This document shows, piece after piece, positions 45,721 to 56,600 of a stretch of 64,000 bases of DNA (its first letter is position 1; each line of letters starts with the position of its first letter). Made by a program: the position numbers and the translations under genes. The stretch is taken from the IMG/VR virus record IMGVR_UViG_3300024323_000001, positions 12-64,011 of that record; one strand, 5' to 3'. The notes under the pieces are model-generated. The model made no database searches, was not told where the DNA came from, and was given only the letters and a program-made list of their open reading frames with translations. This DNA is from a virus. Taxonomy: Duplodnaviria; Caudoviricetes.

Positions 45721-48700
45721 CAGACGTTCACCACGCCGAACGGCCGGCCAACCTGCTCACGCGACAGAATCGGGACGTTCTTGTAGCCAAGATTAGTGAG
45801 CCACTGCTTCACACGCACTTCGCAATCCTCCGCGTAGACTCTGAAGGGAGCGGTTGAGTCGAGCGCGAACGCATAACTGTTGGCCTTGTTCATCGGCAAC
45901 TGGACGTAGAGGGTGTCTTTCGCCCCATTCGTACTTGGAAGCGTGAACGTCAGCGGTACCGCGCCAGCTACTCCGGGTGTCACGGTGAGCGTCACGGGCG
46001 CGCTCGACCGGAGCACAATGTACATATCGCGGATGTGGAACCATCCCTCCATCCCCATGCTGGACTGGGGGAGTTCCCAGTGAGTCGTCTCGGTGGGCTC
46101 GTGGCGGTAGAGAATCTCATACTGGTAGAAGATTGGGTTGACCGTGGCCGAGCCCTGCCACAGAATATCGAACTCCATATTGTAGGCGTAAACTTCAACT
46201 CCGGCTTGATTGAGTGGAAGCGTGACGCGCTGGCGGCCGGAGCCGGTGATCTGGAGCGCGAACTCCGAGGCAGTCTCGCCGTTGATGCGCGGGATGACAA
46301 CGATAGGGCTTCCATTAGACGCCCCACCAGGATCCACGTCGAAATTGACCGTCAGATATTCCTTCAGGTTGAGCGGGCGGCCTTGGTCGAACGCTCCTGT
46401 TGTGATTTCAACCGGGATGGGCGCGTTCCCTTCATCCGTCGAGCCGGAGACTTGATAGACGTCGCCGTCCGTTCCACCGAAGATGAGCGACGAGTCCGTG
46501 TTGGGCTCTGAGTAATTCATGTTCATCTGGTTGGTGTAGGTAGCAGGACGCCAGCGGGAGCGGCGCTCGTCGTAGATGAGAATCTGGCGCAGCCCGGTCG
46601 TCAGCCCGGTATAGAAGAACCACACTTCGCCGTTGTGATAGGCCATCCTCAGCCCATCTTCGTCGTCCATGTCGATGGCGTCGTAGCCATTCGTCGGTGT
46701 TCCGGCTTCGGCGTCGTTCACGGGGAAGAGAGGGCGGATAGAGTCGTCGATGATGCTCGACTCGGGGCCGCCCTGAGTCCTATAGATCCCATCCTTTGAG
46801 ACGAAGTAGATTCCCTGCTCGCCCGCGGTGAACGCCCAGCGCCCCTTGAGACCGCGGCGGCACGCCGTCTCGGCGGGCGTGAACGTCACCCCGGCGACGA
46901 TATTCGGGAGCATTATGTACATCCGCTCGCGCGAGAAGACGAAGGTGCGAAGATTGTAGTCGAGTCCGTTCATGCACTGCTCGCCGGGATTAGCGACGAC
47001 GACCCACGCTTCAGCGCCCCACAGGTCGGCGTTCCCTGCGTTCGAGAAGTAGACGGCGTCGGGGCGCGCCGGGTCGCCGCACCCAAGGAGACGCCCTGTG
47101 CCTGAGGAGACGAATATGACGGGCAAGGGGAAATTGACCGCTTGGACGCTCTGAATGGGCTGGAAGTTATCAATCTGGAGAATGTTCCCTACTTGAGCTA
47201 CCGAGTCGGGAACGTTGTCGTTGATGAGCAATGTTCCGGCGCCACAGGAGCCCTGAACGAGCGATGCGATAGAGAACTCGCCGACGAAGAACCAATTATT
47301 CGGTAGGGTGCCACCGCGGCGGTAGAGCCGCGCCGAGGTCTCTTGTGGGTCCGTGGGCGGCGTGATGCACACATTCGCAGACTGATTGGTTAGCGCGAGC
47401 GTGAGAACGGTGCCGTTCACGCCGACCGCGCTGAGATTGATGTCGAACACCTTCCCTGTGGACGTGGCGGAGCCCGCGCCCGTAATGCGAACGTGCGCCG
47501 TGATGACAGTCTTGACTACAATCTGCGTGAAATCGGTTCCGGGAGGAAGACTGACGCTCACAGTCCCCTGAGGGAACGTTCCTGCGCCGCCGTCAATCCC
47601 CGTGAATGTAACGCCGCCGTCGAGCGAGTAGAAAGATTGATAGGTTCCTTGACCGAACCCGCTCTGAACTAGAGTGAACGAGCGATTCAGATTGAGCGTC
47701 AAGGTCTGGAGGATTCCAATGGCGTTGGCGGCAGCAGCGCGCCACAAGCAATCCGTCGTGACCGTTGCTCCAATAGTGCTGGTCGTCGCCACGCCCGTAG
47801 CGAACGTCGTCGCGCTTCCGTCAATCGCATTTCCAGGATTCGTGAACGCTCCATCGCCCACAACCGCAGGATTCGTGAACGCTGTCGGCCGGGTCACCGT
47901 GGGTGTGACCATGATAGGCGACGGGTTGGACTCGCTCTGCGTGACCGGATTCAGATAAGTGTAGCGCCAGTCATAAGGCGTCCCAGTGCTTGAATTGAGT
48001 AGCCCAGCACCGCCAGCCGTCGCCACGGCTTGAAGTGTTGGAGGCGCTACGCCCAGCACTTGATAGTAGCCAGCGCGGCGCTTCATCATCCCGTTCGCGT
48101 TCGCGATGATGGCCCACACTGCTGGGTCGGAATCGAACCGGAACTGGACGATTGAGAGCGGCGAACCATCGAACGTTGGGCCGCCGAGAAGCTGGGTGAA
48201 TACGTTCCCTCCAGGTAAGGGGGCGGTGTAGATATTCCCGTCCGCGTTCGCCGCGAGACGCTCACTTACCACTCCCGGAACGTACTGGGTGAGTAAGAAT
48301 AGAGTGTTGACTGGTCCTGTCGGCCCGGACAGGACGGTAATCAACCCTCCTGTGGAACTGCTGCTCGCCGGGATTGAACCGTTACTGGTAGTGAATGTAG
48401 TCCCTGAAAACACGATTTGATTGACCGTGAAGATGCCGTTGTAGGAGGGATTGGAGCATCCTGTCACCTGAATCACGGTCCCTGCAAAAAATGGAACGAA
48501 GGGAGCTGTCCACTGAGGCGGAAGCGTCAGATTCCTGACCGCGGACGTTATCGGATACGTTAGGCCAACGAAGGGCGACGGGAGCGCCGTGATGAGCGCT
48601 GTGCCATTGCGCGTCTGGAGCTGGCCCTCAATCTTGCTGACGACGTTCGTTGCGCGGGAATACTTGGCGACGGGAACGAGGTCCACCGGGACGTTCAGGT

Positions 48701-48755
48701 CCAAGCCCGCGAGTGCGAACTTGGCTGGGCCATCGTGCTGGACTTCTACGCCCAC
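45720..48755 (-). CDS. Tail nozzle (tubular protein B / P22 gp10-like) with inserted domains
   Basis: 1011 aa; VYFSNAGN, IYFVSKDGIY propeller-like repeats; ITTGAFDQG...LKEY. Confidence 0.7.
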   Translation of the reverse strand: MGVEVQHDGPAKFALAGLDLNVPVDLVPVAKYSRATNVVSKIEGQLQTRNGTALITALPSPFVGLTYPITSAVRNLTLPPQWTAPFVPFFAGTVIQVTGCSNPSYNGIFTVNQIVFSGTTFTTSNGSIPASSSSTGGLITVLSGPTGPVNTLFLLTQYVPGVVSERLAANADGNIYTAPLPGGNVFTQLLGGPTFDGSPLSIVQFRFDSDPAVWAIIANANGMMKRRAGYYQVLGVAPPTLQAVATAGGAGLLNSSTGTPYDWRYTYLNPVTQSESNPSPIMVTPTVTRPTAFTNPAVVGDGAFTNPGNAIDGSATTFATGVATTSTIGATVTTDCLWRAAAANAIGILQTLTLNLNRSFTLVQSGFGQGTYQSFYSLDGGVTFTGIDGGAGTFPQGTVSVSLPPGTDFTQIVVKTVITAHVRITGAGSATSTGKVFDINLSAVGVNGTVLTLALTNQSANVCITPPTDPQETSARLYRRGGTLPNNWFFVGEFSIASLVQGSCGAGTLLINDNVPDSVAQVGNILQIDNFQPIQSVQAVNFPLPVIFVSSGTGRLLGCGDPARPDAVYFSNAGNADLWGAEAWVVVANPGEQCMNGLDYNLRTFVFSRERMYIMLPNIVAGVTFTPAETACRRGLKGRWAFTAGEQGIYFVSKDGIYRTQGGPESSIIDDSIRPLFPVNDAEAGTPTNGYDAIDMDDEDGLRMAYHNGEVWFFYTGLTTGLRQILIYDERRSRWRPATYTNQMNMNYSEPNTDSSLIFGGTDGDVYQVSGSTDEGNAPIPVEITTGAFDQGRPLNLKEYLTVNFDVDPGGASNGSPIVVIPRINGETASEFALQITGSGRQRVTLPLNQAGVEVYAYNMEFDILWQGSATVNPIFYQYEILYRHEPTETTHWELPQSSMGMEGWFHIRDMYIVLRSSAPVTLTVTPGVAGAVPLTFTLPSTNGAKDTLYVQLPMNKANSYAFALDSTAPFRVYAEDCEVRVKQWLTNLGYKNVPILSREQVGRPFGVVNV

Positions 48756-48756
48756 T

Positions 48757-49455
48757 CTATATCTCCCCTGTCAGGATCCGCGCCAGCTCTATGCCCTCTT
48801 GGAATCTGGATTCGGCGTGCGCGGCGCGTTTCGGGTCATTCCCTTCATACTCGCCCACAAGCATATCCGCACGAACACCCCAAGCCAAATAAGGAGTGTA
48901 GTCATCCGGGACCGATAGGAACATTCCCGAGCCGTCCACTTGAGTTCCTTGGGCATTGGCGATGATCTCCATCTCTCCGGCGTCCGTGGGCGTTGGGTTC
49001 ACCGCGATCGTAAGCGACGGGAGATAATCCTCCATGTAAACCTCGGGACGTGTGGCGGTCTTCGTGGGCCATCCTGTGACACCGTGGTCTAGTTCCCAGC
49101 CAGTCGCGCGCGGAAGCTCTGTATAGGCCATCGGGTCCGTTTCGTTGGCCCATGCCACACGGCGAAGGTCGATGACGTTCTGCGGGATAGAGTAGCGGAA
49201 CTGGTTCGATTGGCCCGCTTGATAGGCCACCATGACCGAGACGCCGCTCTCGCTCAGGAATCTCCGCTGACGGTCATTCAGATATTGGATTACCTGGGCG
49301 GAGGTCCAGATTTTAGACTGATATGAGGCACCTTGCGTGTCAGGTTCGAGCAGAGAGAGTTGGACGGACGAGAGGATGGTCTGGTCGGTCACGTCGAACT
49401 GTGGAGCATCGCTATTGTAGGTGCCCCAACCGAATCGCCCTTGGCCCCAGCCCAT
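48757..49455 (-). CDS. Head-tail adaptor/ring protein
   Basis: WTSAQVIQYLND motif shared with 58203-58892; VPDDYTPYLAWG. Confidence 0.65.
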   Translation of the reverse strand: MGWGQGRFGWGTYNSDAPQFDVTDQTILSSVQLSLLEPDTQGASYQSKIWTSAQVIQYLNDRQRRFLSESGVSVMVAYQAGQSNQFRYSIPQNVIDLRRVAWANETDPMAYTELPRATGWELDHGVTGWPTKTATRPEVYMEDYLPSLTIAVNPTPTDAGEMEIIANAQGTQVDGSGMFLSVPDDYTPYLAWGVRADMLVGEYEGNDPKRAAHAESRFQEGIELARILTGEI

Positions 49456-52400
49456 TATTGAATCACCGTCGTCGTCGTGCTCACGGCCTTCGTCGGAATC
49501 GGCAGAACAACCTTACCCGATAGTCCGTTCACTGAGCTTACGCCCATCGGAATATAAGAGCCGCCATTCATGGAAATCCACATGCACGCGCACTGGAGAG
49601 AGTAGCAAAGTTGGGTTGTAGCTGGGACCACGGGGCAAAGTGTGCGGTCAGACATGATGCCAGCAAAATTGACAGGAGAAGTAGCTGGTGGGCCTGTAGA
49701 TGTGCCAAACACCGAGAATATATCGCTGCCAGCAGATGTATTATCCGCGAAGGATACTTGTCCGCCCCAGTTCTGTGGAGCGCCAACCGGCTGAAATATG
49801 ACCTGGAAGGTGCAGAACTGGCCGGGCGTCAGCGTAAATCCTGCTCCGGGCGATGCCAGTGTGACCGTCGCGGAAGCTCCACAAGTGTTGTTGGTGAGCG
49901 AGAAAATAGAGTTCACCAACATACTGATGCTGCCGACGACTAGATTCGCGGTGCCGACGTTTGTGAGCGTGACGGTTGAACTGGGATTACTTGTTAGTCC
50001 CACCGGAGCCTGCCCAACATTTAGATTGATGGGCGAGAATGAGACGAGTGGCGCGGGGACTGCTCCGGCGTAACAGCCACCTGCATCGAAGGGAATCGCT
50101 GCTCCGCTTCCATCCGCCTTCCCGCCGAGTGACAGATAGCAGTTGAGTGAGGGGATGGCGTTGACGTGTCCTGCCCAGCCCACAGTAGTCGTGCCGCTCA
50201 CTGGACATTGAGTTCCCGAAGTGACGGGCACGCCCGCCATCTGGCTAGTTGTGTTCCATGTGCCCGTGCAGTAGACGATGTTTCCGCCCGTAATATCTGG
50301 ACCGATAGAGGGCCAAGGTAGTGAGCCAAACCATGATGGTTTCGAGGTCAGATAGAAAGACGCTGGGAGTGGCGGTTGTCCAGCGGTTGTGTCCCCCACT
50401 ACCGGAACAAATCCGGGGTAAGTGGAGAACGAAGCCGCCGCTTCTGAAACAGAGTTGCAATTCCCAGCGTTCGTAAAGAGCGTGTTTCTCGCGTTGCCGC
50501 ACCAGCGGATAGCTGCCGTCACTACGTCCCAGTTCCCGTAGCGAACAAGCGAGGTCCCCGAGAGCGTATCGTTCGGCATCGAGCCGACGTTGCCCTGACA
50601 GCTCACACCGATCTGATAGGCGTAGGTGTGATTGTTAGCTGGGGAGCATGTGCTAGTGAACTGATATGTATTTGTGGCAAAGGCCGGAGTTCCAAAGACG
50701 TTGGCGATGTCGTTCGCTCCACGGGAGCCGTAAGAGTGCAGCACCGACATCTGTGTGGGTGATGATGCTAATGTAGGCGGAGCAGAGACGGTCGCCGTGA
50801 TGAAGTTCCTGAATAGCGTTGGAGCGAATGAAGAATTATGGATACCATCCGCCGCTGCGATGGCGTTGCCGTAGTTGCCTTCGAAGAGATTGTGGTCGGC
50901 GGGGCCGTGTTCGTTGAAACACTCTTGGAAGAGATTCGAGGTCGGTGTGGCTTGTAGGCAGGTATTGTAAGCCTCTACGTTCCCATTCGCCGCGCCATCG
51001 AAACTCAGAGGAGTCAGTGCCTGCTGGATGATGTTGTTGTGGAACCGAGACGAGGAAACCACGAACCGCCGCACGCCGTAGGGATTCGCATTTCCAGCGA
51101 TGTGATAGACGTAGTTGCTCACAAACTCGTAGTTGAGCAGGTAGAAGCCGTTGAATCCGTACTGCTGCATGTTCTTGATGGCTACACCGGAAGTCCAGCA
51201 CTGATAGCAGCCCATCGCAGCAACGCCCACGCCAGTCGTCACTCCCGTTCCATCAATCGAAAGATTCTCAAGCCCGAGCTGCACGGCGGGAGTGAAGGCA
51301 TAGACATCCGGTGTGTTGGAAACAGGGATATTCGTCGGAACGATGGGCGGAGAGATGGTGAGATTCGTGCCGGAGACATTCGTGACGTAGACAAGTTGTG
51401 CCTGCTGACGGCCTGTGTTGAATCCATTCGGCCCGTCTTGGGAGACACCGTTGGGGTTGTTGCATCCGGTTGTTGCGAACTGGTCGCCCGTGTTGAACCA
51501 CTGGCCGTTGTCGATAGCGCAGCCCGTCGCCGGGTCGCCTGAATAGCCTGTGTCAGCAACGTTGAGCAGGAGCGCCGAAGACGTGGTAATCCCTGTAGAA
51601 CTTCCTACGCCAATTACCGTCGAGCCTTGGGGGAATCCGCTGGTCCACGTTGTCGTCTGTCCGCCAGCAGAGCCGTTAGGCGTTCCACCCTTCTGGCAGA
51701 CGAGTGATGGCCCAGCAGAGCCGCAAGCTACTCCTGGCGAGCCTGTGAATGTGAGGAATGTACTGTTCGCTCCGTTGCCTCGCAGGACGAGTTTATTGTG
51801 AGAGCTGGGATATAAGATTCCCGTACTGAGAACGAACGTGCCGGAGCCAAGCTGGACGTACTGATTCGCTCCGCAAGCAGCGAGTGCGGTTGTGATAGTT
51901 GTCGCTGTTCCCGTGTAGGCCGCGATCGTAGGACCACACTGGGTCCATGAGGCAGAGGGGATATTGAATCCAGCTTTGGTCCAGTCAGTCGCACGACCGG
52001 GAGTTACAATCCCATCAGAAGGAAGCGGCGCAGCACCAAGGGCCGCAAACTGTGAAGTAGAGTAGCCCACATTGTAAATCTGGATGTCAGAGTATTCGGT
52101 GAATGCTCCCGGTGGCATCCCGGCGTTCTGTCCTACACCCGGTCCACAGTTGGTGGTGCAAAGCGCGATGGAGTTTCCATTTCCGAAGTTAAGATAGAGA
52201 GGAGCGCCAGCGGCTCCAGTTGAATACGCCGTTCCAAGCAAAGTTCCCGAAGTGGTGTAAGCCTGGATTACGATGCAGTCGGAGAACTTCGTTATGTCGC
52301 CGCAGGCCGCGCTTGGAACGTACTGCCACACAATCTTGATATGCGTGTTTGGCGTGAAGTTGACATGCTGGCCGCCGCTTCCGCCCTCAATAGCCACGGA

Positions 52401-52892
52401 AGCATTTGTGCCGTTAGCATCATAGTTTCCTAACCGTGACTGGACTCCCGTAATCAGTTGGAAGAAGTCGAAGGTCGTCCCGAAGCTATAGGGAGTCGCT
52501 GGAATTGTGGTACAGAACCAGAATGAACCGCCCCATGCGGACGATGCTCCACTCGTGGGAGCACGAAGAAAGATGTTCTGGCTGGCGTTACCGCCGCCAA
52601 GAGAGGTGCTGTAATTCAGGTAATTCCCGCTATGGCCCGGAGGGTCGCCGTCAGCACAGGCAGTTGCACTTTGGATCGTCAGCGCACCCGAAGAGTTCGT
52701 GATGACCTGGTTGCCACTGCCGTTGTTCGTTCCCGTGCCGAACCAAGAATTGAACAGTGTCAGGCAATCTCCGCTTCCGCCGTTACATGAAACAAGGGTG
52801 TGTCCACTAGGGAACTGGGAAAAAGTTTGGAGCGAGTATCCCTGCGCGAAAAGAACGGCGGGAAAGAGCAGCAATAGAAGTAGCCGTTTCAA
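49455..52892 (-). CDS. Signal-peptide beta-helix (pectin-lyase-like) protein with C-terminal ASH/Ig-like domain
   Basis: MKRLLLLLLFPAVLFA-Q; VQLGSGTF...LVLRGNGANST; NLFEGN; VTLTNVGTANLVV...CTFQVIFQP. Confidence 0.75.
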   Translation of the reverse strand: MKRLLLLLLFPAVLFAQGYSLQTFSQFPSGHTLVSCNGGSGDCLTLFNSWFGTGTNNGSGNQVITNSSGALTIQSATACADGDPPGHSGNYLNYSTSLGGGNASQNIFLRAPTSGASSAWGGSFWFCTTIPATPYSFGTTFDFFQLITGVQSRLGNYDANGTNASVAIEGGSGGQHVNFTPNTHIKIVWQYVPSAACGDITKFSDCIVIQAYTTSGTLLGTAYSTGAAGAPLYLNFGNGNSIALCTTNCGPGVGQNAGMPPGAFTEYSDIQIYNVGYSTSQFAALGAAPLPSDGIVTPGRATDWTKAGFNIPSASWTQCGPTIAAYTGTATTITTALAACGANQYVQLGSGTFVLSTGILYPSSHNKLVLRGNGANSTFLTFTGSPGVACGSAGPSLVCQKGGTPNGSAGGQTTTWTSGFPQGSTVIGVGSSTGITTSSALLLNVADTGYSGDPATGCAIDNGQWFNTGDQFATTGCNNPNGVSQDGPNGFNTGRQQAQLVYVTNVSGTNLTISPPIVPTNIPVSNTPDVYAFTPAVQLGLENLSIDGTGVTTGVGVAAMGCYQCWTSGVAIKNMQQYGFNGFYLLNYEFVSNYVYHIAGNANPYGVRRFVVSSSRFHNNIIQQALTPLSFDGAANGNVEAYNTCLQATPTSNLFQECFNEHGPADHNLFEGNYGNAIAAADGIHNSSFAPTLFRNFITATVSAPPTLASSPTQMSVLHSYGSRGANDIANVFGTPAFATNTYQFTSTCSPANNHTYAYQIGVSCQGNVGSMPNDTLSGTSLVRYGNWDVVTAAIRWCGNARNTLFTNAGNCNSVSEAAASFSTYPGFVPVVGDTTAGQPPLPASFYLTSKPSWFGSLPWPSIGPDITGGNIVYCTGTWNTTSQMAGVPVTSGTQCPVSGTTTVGWAGHVNAIPSLNCYLSLGGKADGSGAAIPFDAGGCYAGAVPAPLVSFSPINLNVGQAPVGLTSNPSSTVTLTNVGTANLVVGSISMLVNSIFSLTNNTCGASATVTLASPGAGFTLTPGQFCTFQVIFQPVGAPQNWGGQVSFADNTSAGSDIFSVFGTSTGPPATSPVNFAGIMSDRTLCPVVPATTQLCYSLQCACMWISMNGGSYIPMGVSSVNGLSGKVVLPIPTKAVSTTTTVIQ

Positions 52893-53632
52893 TGCAGCAC
52901 CACCAGGGATGTAACGCTATTCACCGCCGCGCTTGTCGTCCAGTTTCCGGTGATCGCCGCAGCCGTTGTCTGCACGAAATGTTCCTCATTCTGCGAAACG
53001 CTTCCTGAGCTTCCGTCGCGGGTGTAGGCCGGGGTTGTACCAGCGGTGTAGGTGCGCCCGTTCGCGTTCACGTCCGCGACCATCGAGAGCAGGAAGGAAT
53101 TATTATTGGTTGGCGTGAGCGTTGGACTGGAAGGCGCTGTCGTAACTGCCTGAGTGCCGCAATCTACTTTATCTATAGGAGCCGTGGTCGAGACGTTACT
53201 GACTTCTTCGGCCATGAACCAAACGAACGCTGGAGAGCTGCTGAACGTGACGGTGAGAGTCTTGTCATTTGCTCCCCCTGCTAGATTCTTGAGGTAGTAG
53301 AACTGGGCGAACATACCGGAGAAATTGCATGTCGTTGAACCGGATGCCCACGCCTGATTAACGTAGGCTGTGCTGCTGGCATTGACGAACGAAGAGATGG
53401 TTGCGGTATTCGACCAGACAATCATCACCGCAATCGTGTCGGTAGCCGTTGGGTTGCTGCCAAAGACGAAGGTCTGTGGGCTGCCGCCGCCGTTCCTGAA
53501 TACGGGAGTGAACGCCTGGACTAGCGCGGGAGTCGGCGGAGGCGCACCAACCACTCGGCGTCTCGCTGTGACAACTTCTTGCAAGGAGCCGAGAAAGAAT
53601 ATTAGGCAGCAGAGAATGGCTTTGAGTTGCAT
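52889..53632 (-). CDS. Signal-peptide beta-rich protein (247 aa)
   Basis: Start MQLKAILCCLIFFLGSL overlaps the upstream stop (TGATG); domain resembles the C-terminal part of 890-3280. Confidence 0.7.
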   Translation of the reverse strand: MQLKAILCCLIFFLGSLQEVVTARRRVVGAPPPTPALVQAFTPVFRNGGGSPQTFVFGSNPTATDTIAVMIVWSNTATISSFVNASSTAYVNQAWASGSTTCNFSGMFAQFYYLKNLAGGANDKTLTVTFSSSPAFVWFMAEEVSNVSTTAPIDKVDCGTQAVTTAPSSPTLTPTNNNSFLLSMVADVNANGRTYTAGTTPAYTRDGSSGSVSQNEEHFVQTTAAAITGNWTTSAAVNSVTSLVVLH

Positions 53633-56600
53633 CAGAACGTGTACTCCACAATCATCGCAATGTGCGTTCCCGTGAGCGTCCCACCCATTACCGGGTTGAT
53701 ACCTGTGCCAGTTGTCCAGCTTGCGTTCGAGACTGTTCCGCTGGAACTCATCGCGTTGCTGTTTCCGCAAGTCAGAGCGCCAGAGAGGATAGTTGTGCCT
53801 GTGCCGCTCGCTCCGAATGTCGGATTGACTGTCGTCGTATTCGCACCGTTGTCGCTCAGGCATTTTACGGCGGTAATCGTCCGCGTCACACCGGAGTCGT
53901 TGTAGCAGGTGTTGTTCGAGATGGCATCGTCGCCTGCCGTCAGAGCGAACGACGAGCCGGAGCCGCCCCATACTTCCGTGCAAGTACTCTTGGTGTACTG
54001 GACGGGAATGTCTGCCGTGACCATCGCCCCACATGAATAAATTCCCGCTACTGCCGTGGCGTGAGCAATGTTCGTTGTCGTGGTGCAGGTAGCCGTAGTC
54101 ACCATCGCCAACGCATCGGCGTTGTTCGTGAAGATATGTCGAATCTTGGCGGTTGAGTCGTAGCCATCCATCGACGTTGCACTGGTCGTGAATCCCGCGC
54201 CGGTTGGAACTTTCACTGTGGCCCCAGAGAAGTCCTGCAATCCTGTCCACACATTTGAGGCGTTGTAGAGAGCGGCGTGGCTGGCTGCTGTGAGCATCGC
54301 GTCCGTGATGTTGCAATAGGTTGGCGCTGCCGGCGCTCCCGTGCAATTGGCTAGAACTTTATTCGCCCCACCGCTCACGAGCGTCAGCGTCACGGCACCC
54401 GTGGAAAGCGAGTTGTTGAAGATGATTCCATCCCCAGTAATACTCGATACGCCCGCTGAGGACGAGCCGCAGCTAAAGACGCCCGTAGCCGTGGTGAATT
54501 GCAGCGCGTTGCCGCCACCTATGCAGTTCGGGAATGCTGTGAAGTCGGGCAGGCGCGAGGCGAAGTAATTTATCCCATCCGACCAGAAGAATACGGTCCA
54601 GCTTGGAGCGATTAGAAGCGTGGTCGCTCCATTGATGGTGAATCCGCTCGCTGTCGCCGTGACCGTTCCCGTGCCGATATTCTTGATGACGAAAAAGTGA
54701 TTGAATCCATATCCCGTCGTTGAGGGATTCACGAACGTATAGGTCTGTGCGCCCGCGTTGTTCGCCGTGATGAGATAGCCACGGTCAAAGTCGGTGTTGG
54801 CGGTTCCGATGGTATAAGTCGTGCCCGTTTGAGCGTTTATTGGGACACCGGGATTATCAATCGCAGGGTTAACTGCGACACTCCCTGTCACACGATAGTG
54901 GACGTTATAATTTCCGTTCACAATGGGCGAGTTCACGCCCGCACACGTCCCACCGCCTCCGTTGTAGAGTGTGGCTCCAGTTGTGCCGCCCGGTGTGCAG
55001 CCTCCTCCACCACCGCCTCCACCCAGCCCATAGGCGTAAGCGTTCCCACCCTTCAGGAATACGTGCATCCCGGAGTTGTTGGGGATCGTGATGTTTCCCG
55101 TGGCCGCGTTGCCGTGGAGCGTTCCTGCGCTTACCGTCAGCGTCGTAGTTCCTGTTTCGCTGTAGACATCCCACATCTGCCCGTCGCCAAGTGTGGTGTC
55201 AATCGTAAAGGTCAGCGTGCCTTGAGCGTTGACCGCGCCTTCAGCCTTTGTGAGCGTGTGATTGCCGGTGTAGTTGACGGCGGCTGTCGCCAAGCTCGCC
55301 GTCCTGATTCCGGGCAAGGAGCCATTCGTCTGCCCGATGGACGTGGTGTTCATGTTCTGCCCGAGTTGCAGGGCGTTCGTTGCGCTGATGTTTTGCAGGA
55401 TGAGTGAAGCGAAGGGAGAGCCGGAGACTAACGGCGCGTTGCTTGATGGGAGATCGGAGCCATTGATTTGAATCGTTGCGCCGAGCGAAGCGGCTGGAGC
55501 GGCGATGTATGCCACCATCGGCGCTGGCCCGGTATCGTTATACAAATCCATGATGGAGAAAAAGCCAGCGGTGTTGCCTGCGTAGTACGGTTGGAAGGAG
55601 ATAAGAGGTGTGATGTTGCCCTGCCACTCTTCTCCGCCAATGAAACGTCCCGATAGACCCGAAATGTGCGGAACGATATAAATTCCCCGCGTGGTTCCTG
55701 AAATGTAGTCGAAGTTCATTAACGTGTTGAATTTGCTGATGAATACGGGTGTTGTGGTTTGCCCGACCTGGGCTTGTCCGCCGTTAAGCACGCTGTTGGC
55801 AACAAAACTTGAGTTCCGAATCTTGTAGCCGAATGCTCCCGCCCCACTCGACTGGTAATCGTAAAAGAGCACATTCATATAGTCGTCGGGGGAGGCAGAG
55901 AAAAAATTGTCATCCTCAAATATCTGGGCGGCATGAGAACTAGTGTTGAACACACCAACGACGCCATTTCCGAATACATCTACGTCCACTTTATTTAATC
56001 CAGCACTGCCGTTGGTTATCCAGATTCCGGGGTTGGCAGTGAACACGAAGATGGGAATATGAGGGCGTAGACCGTTGCTGGCATTAATCATGCGTTTTGC
56101 GGATAGGTCCGTTCCGTACCAGTTGCCGTTGAATTTCAGGGTGTCCCGCAGACAGACTGACCCATCTTGGATGATGGCGTTCACGCCGGTAAGGTCCAGG
56201 AACGTGCTGATCTCGTAGCAGTAGACTTGCGTGGAGTTGTTCTCTACCACCACTGGGAAGCGGCAGGTTCCGCCTGCGCCTGTGACAGCACTGGCGTTTG
56301 TGGCCGAAACACAAGCAGCGATATTGGGAGCGTTGTCGAATCTGGCTTGCGCTGTCGTTACGCTCGTGGAAGCGTTGTTTGCCAGCGTGAGTGTCGTTCC
56401 CGCGATGTTCGTAATCGTGGTGACAAGCGTATCGTTAACGGGCGATGCGGGAGGCGTTGTCGGTGCCCACCAGCTAACCGGATACCCGCCGGAGATGGTT
56501 GCTCCCCAATAGTCCCAAGTATTGTAGGTGGTGTCGGTGTAGCCAAGACTTGCGATGAGCGATTCTCCAACTTTCGTTCCGCCGAGATAGATTTCGTATT

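Noticed and set aside
47834-47883. 17-bp direct repeat CAGGATTCGTGAACGCT
   Set aside because: Encodes a short AFTNP peptide duplication inside the nozzle gene
53632-54346. N-terminal half of the 485-aa ORF 52889-54346
   Set aside because: Shadow frame overlapping the fibre gene; the plausible start is ATG 53632
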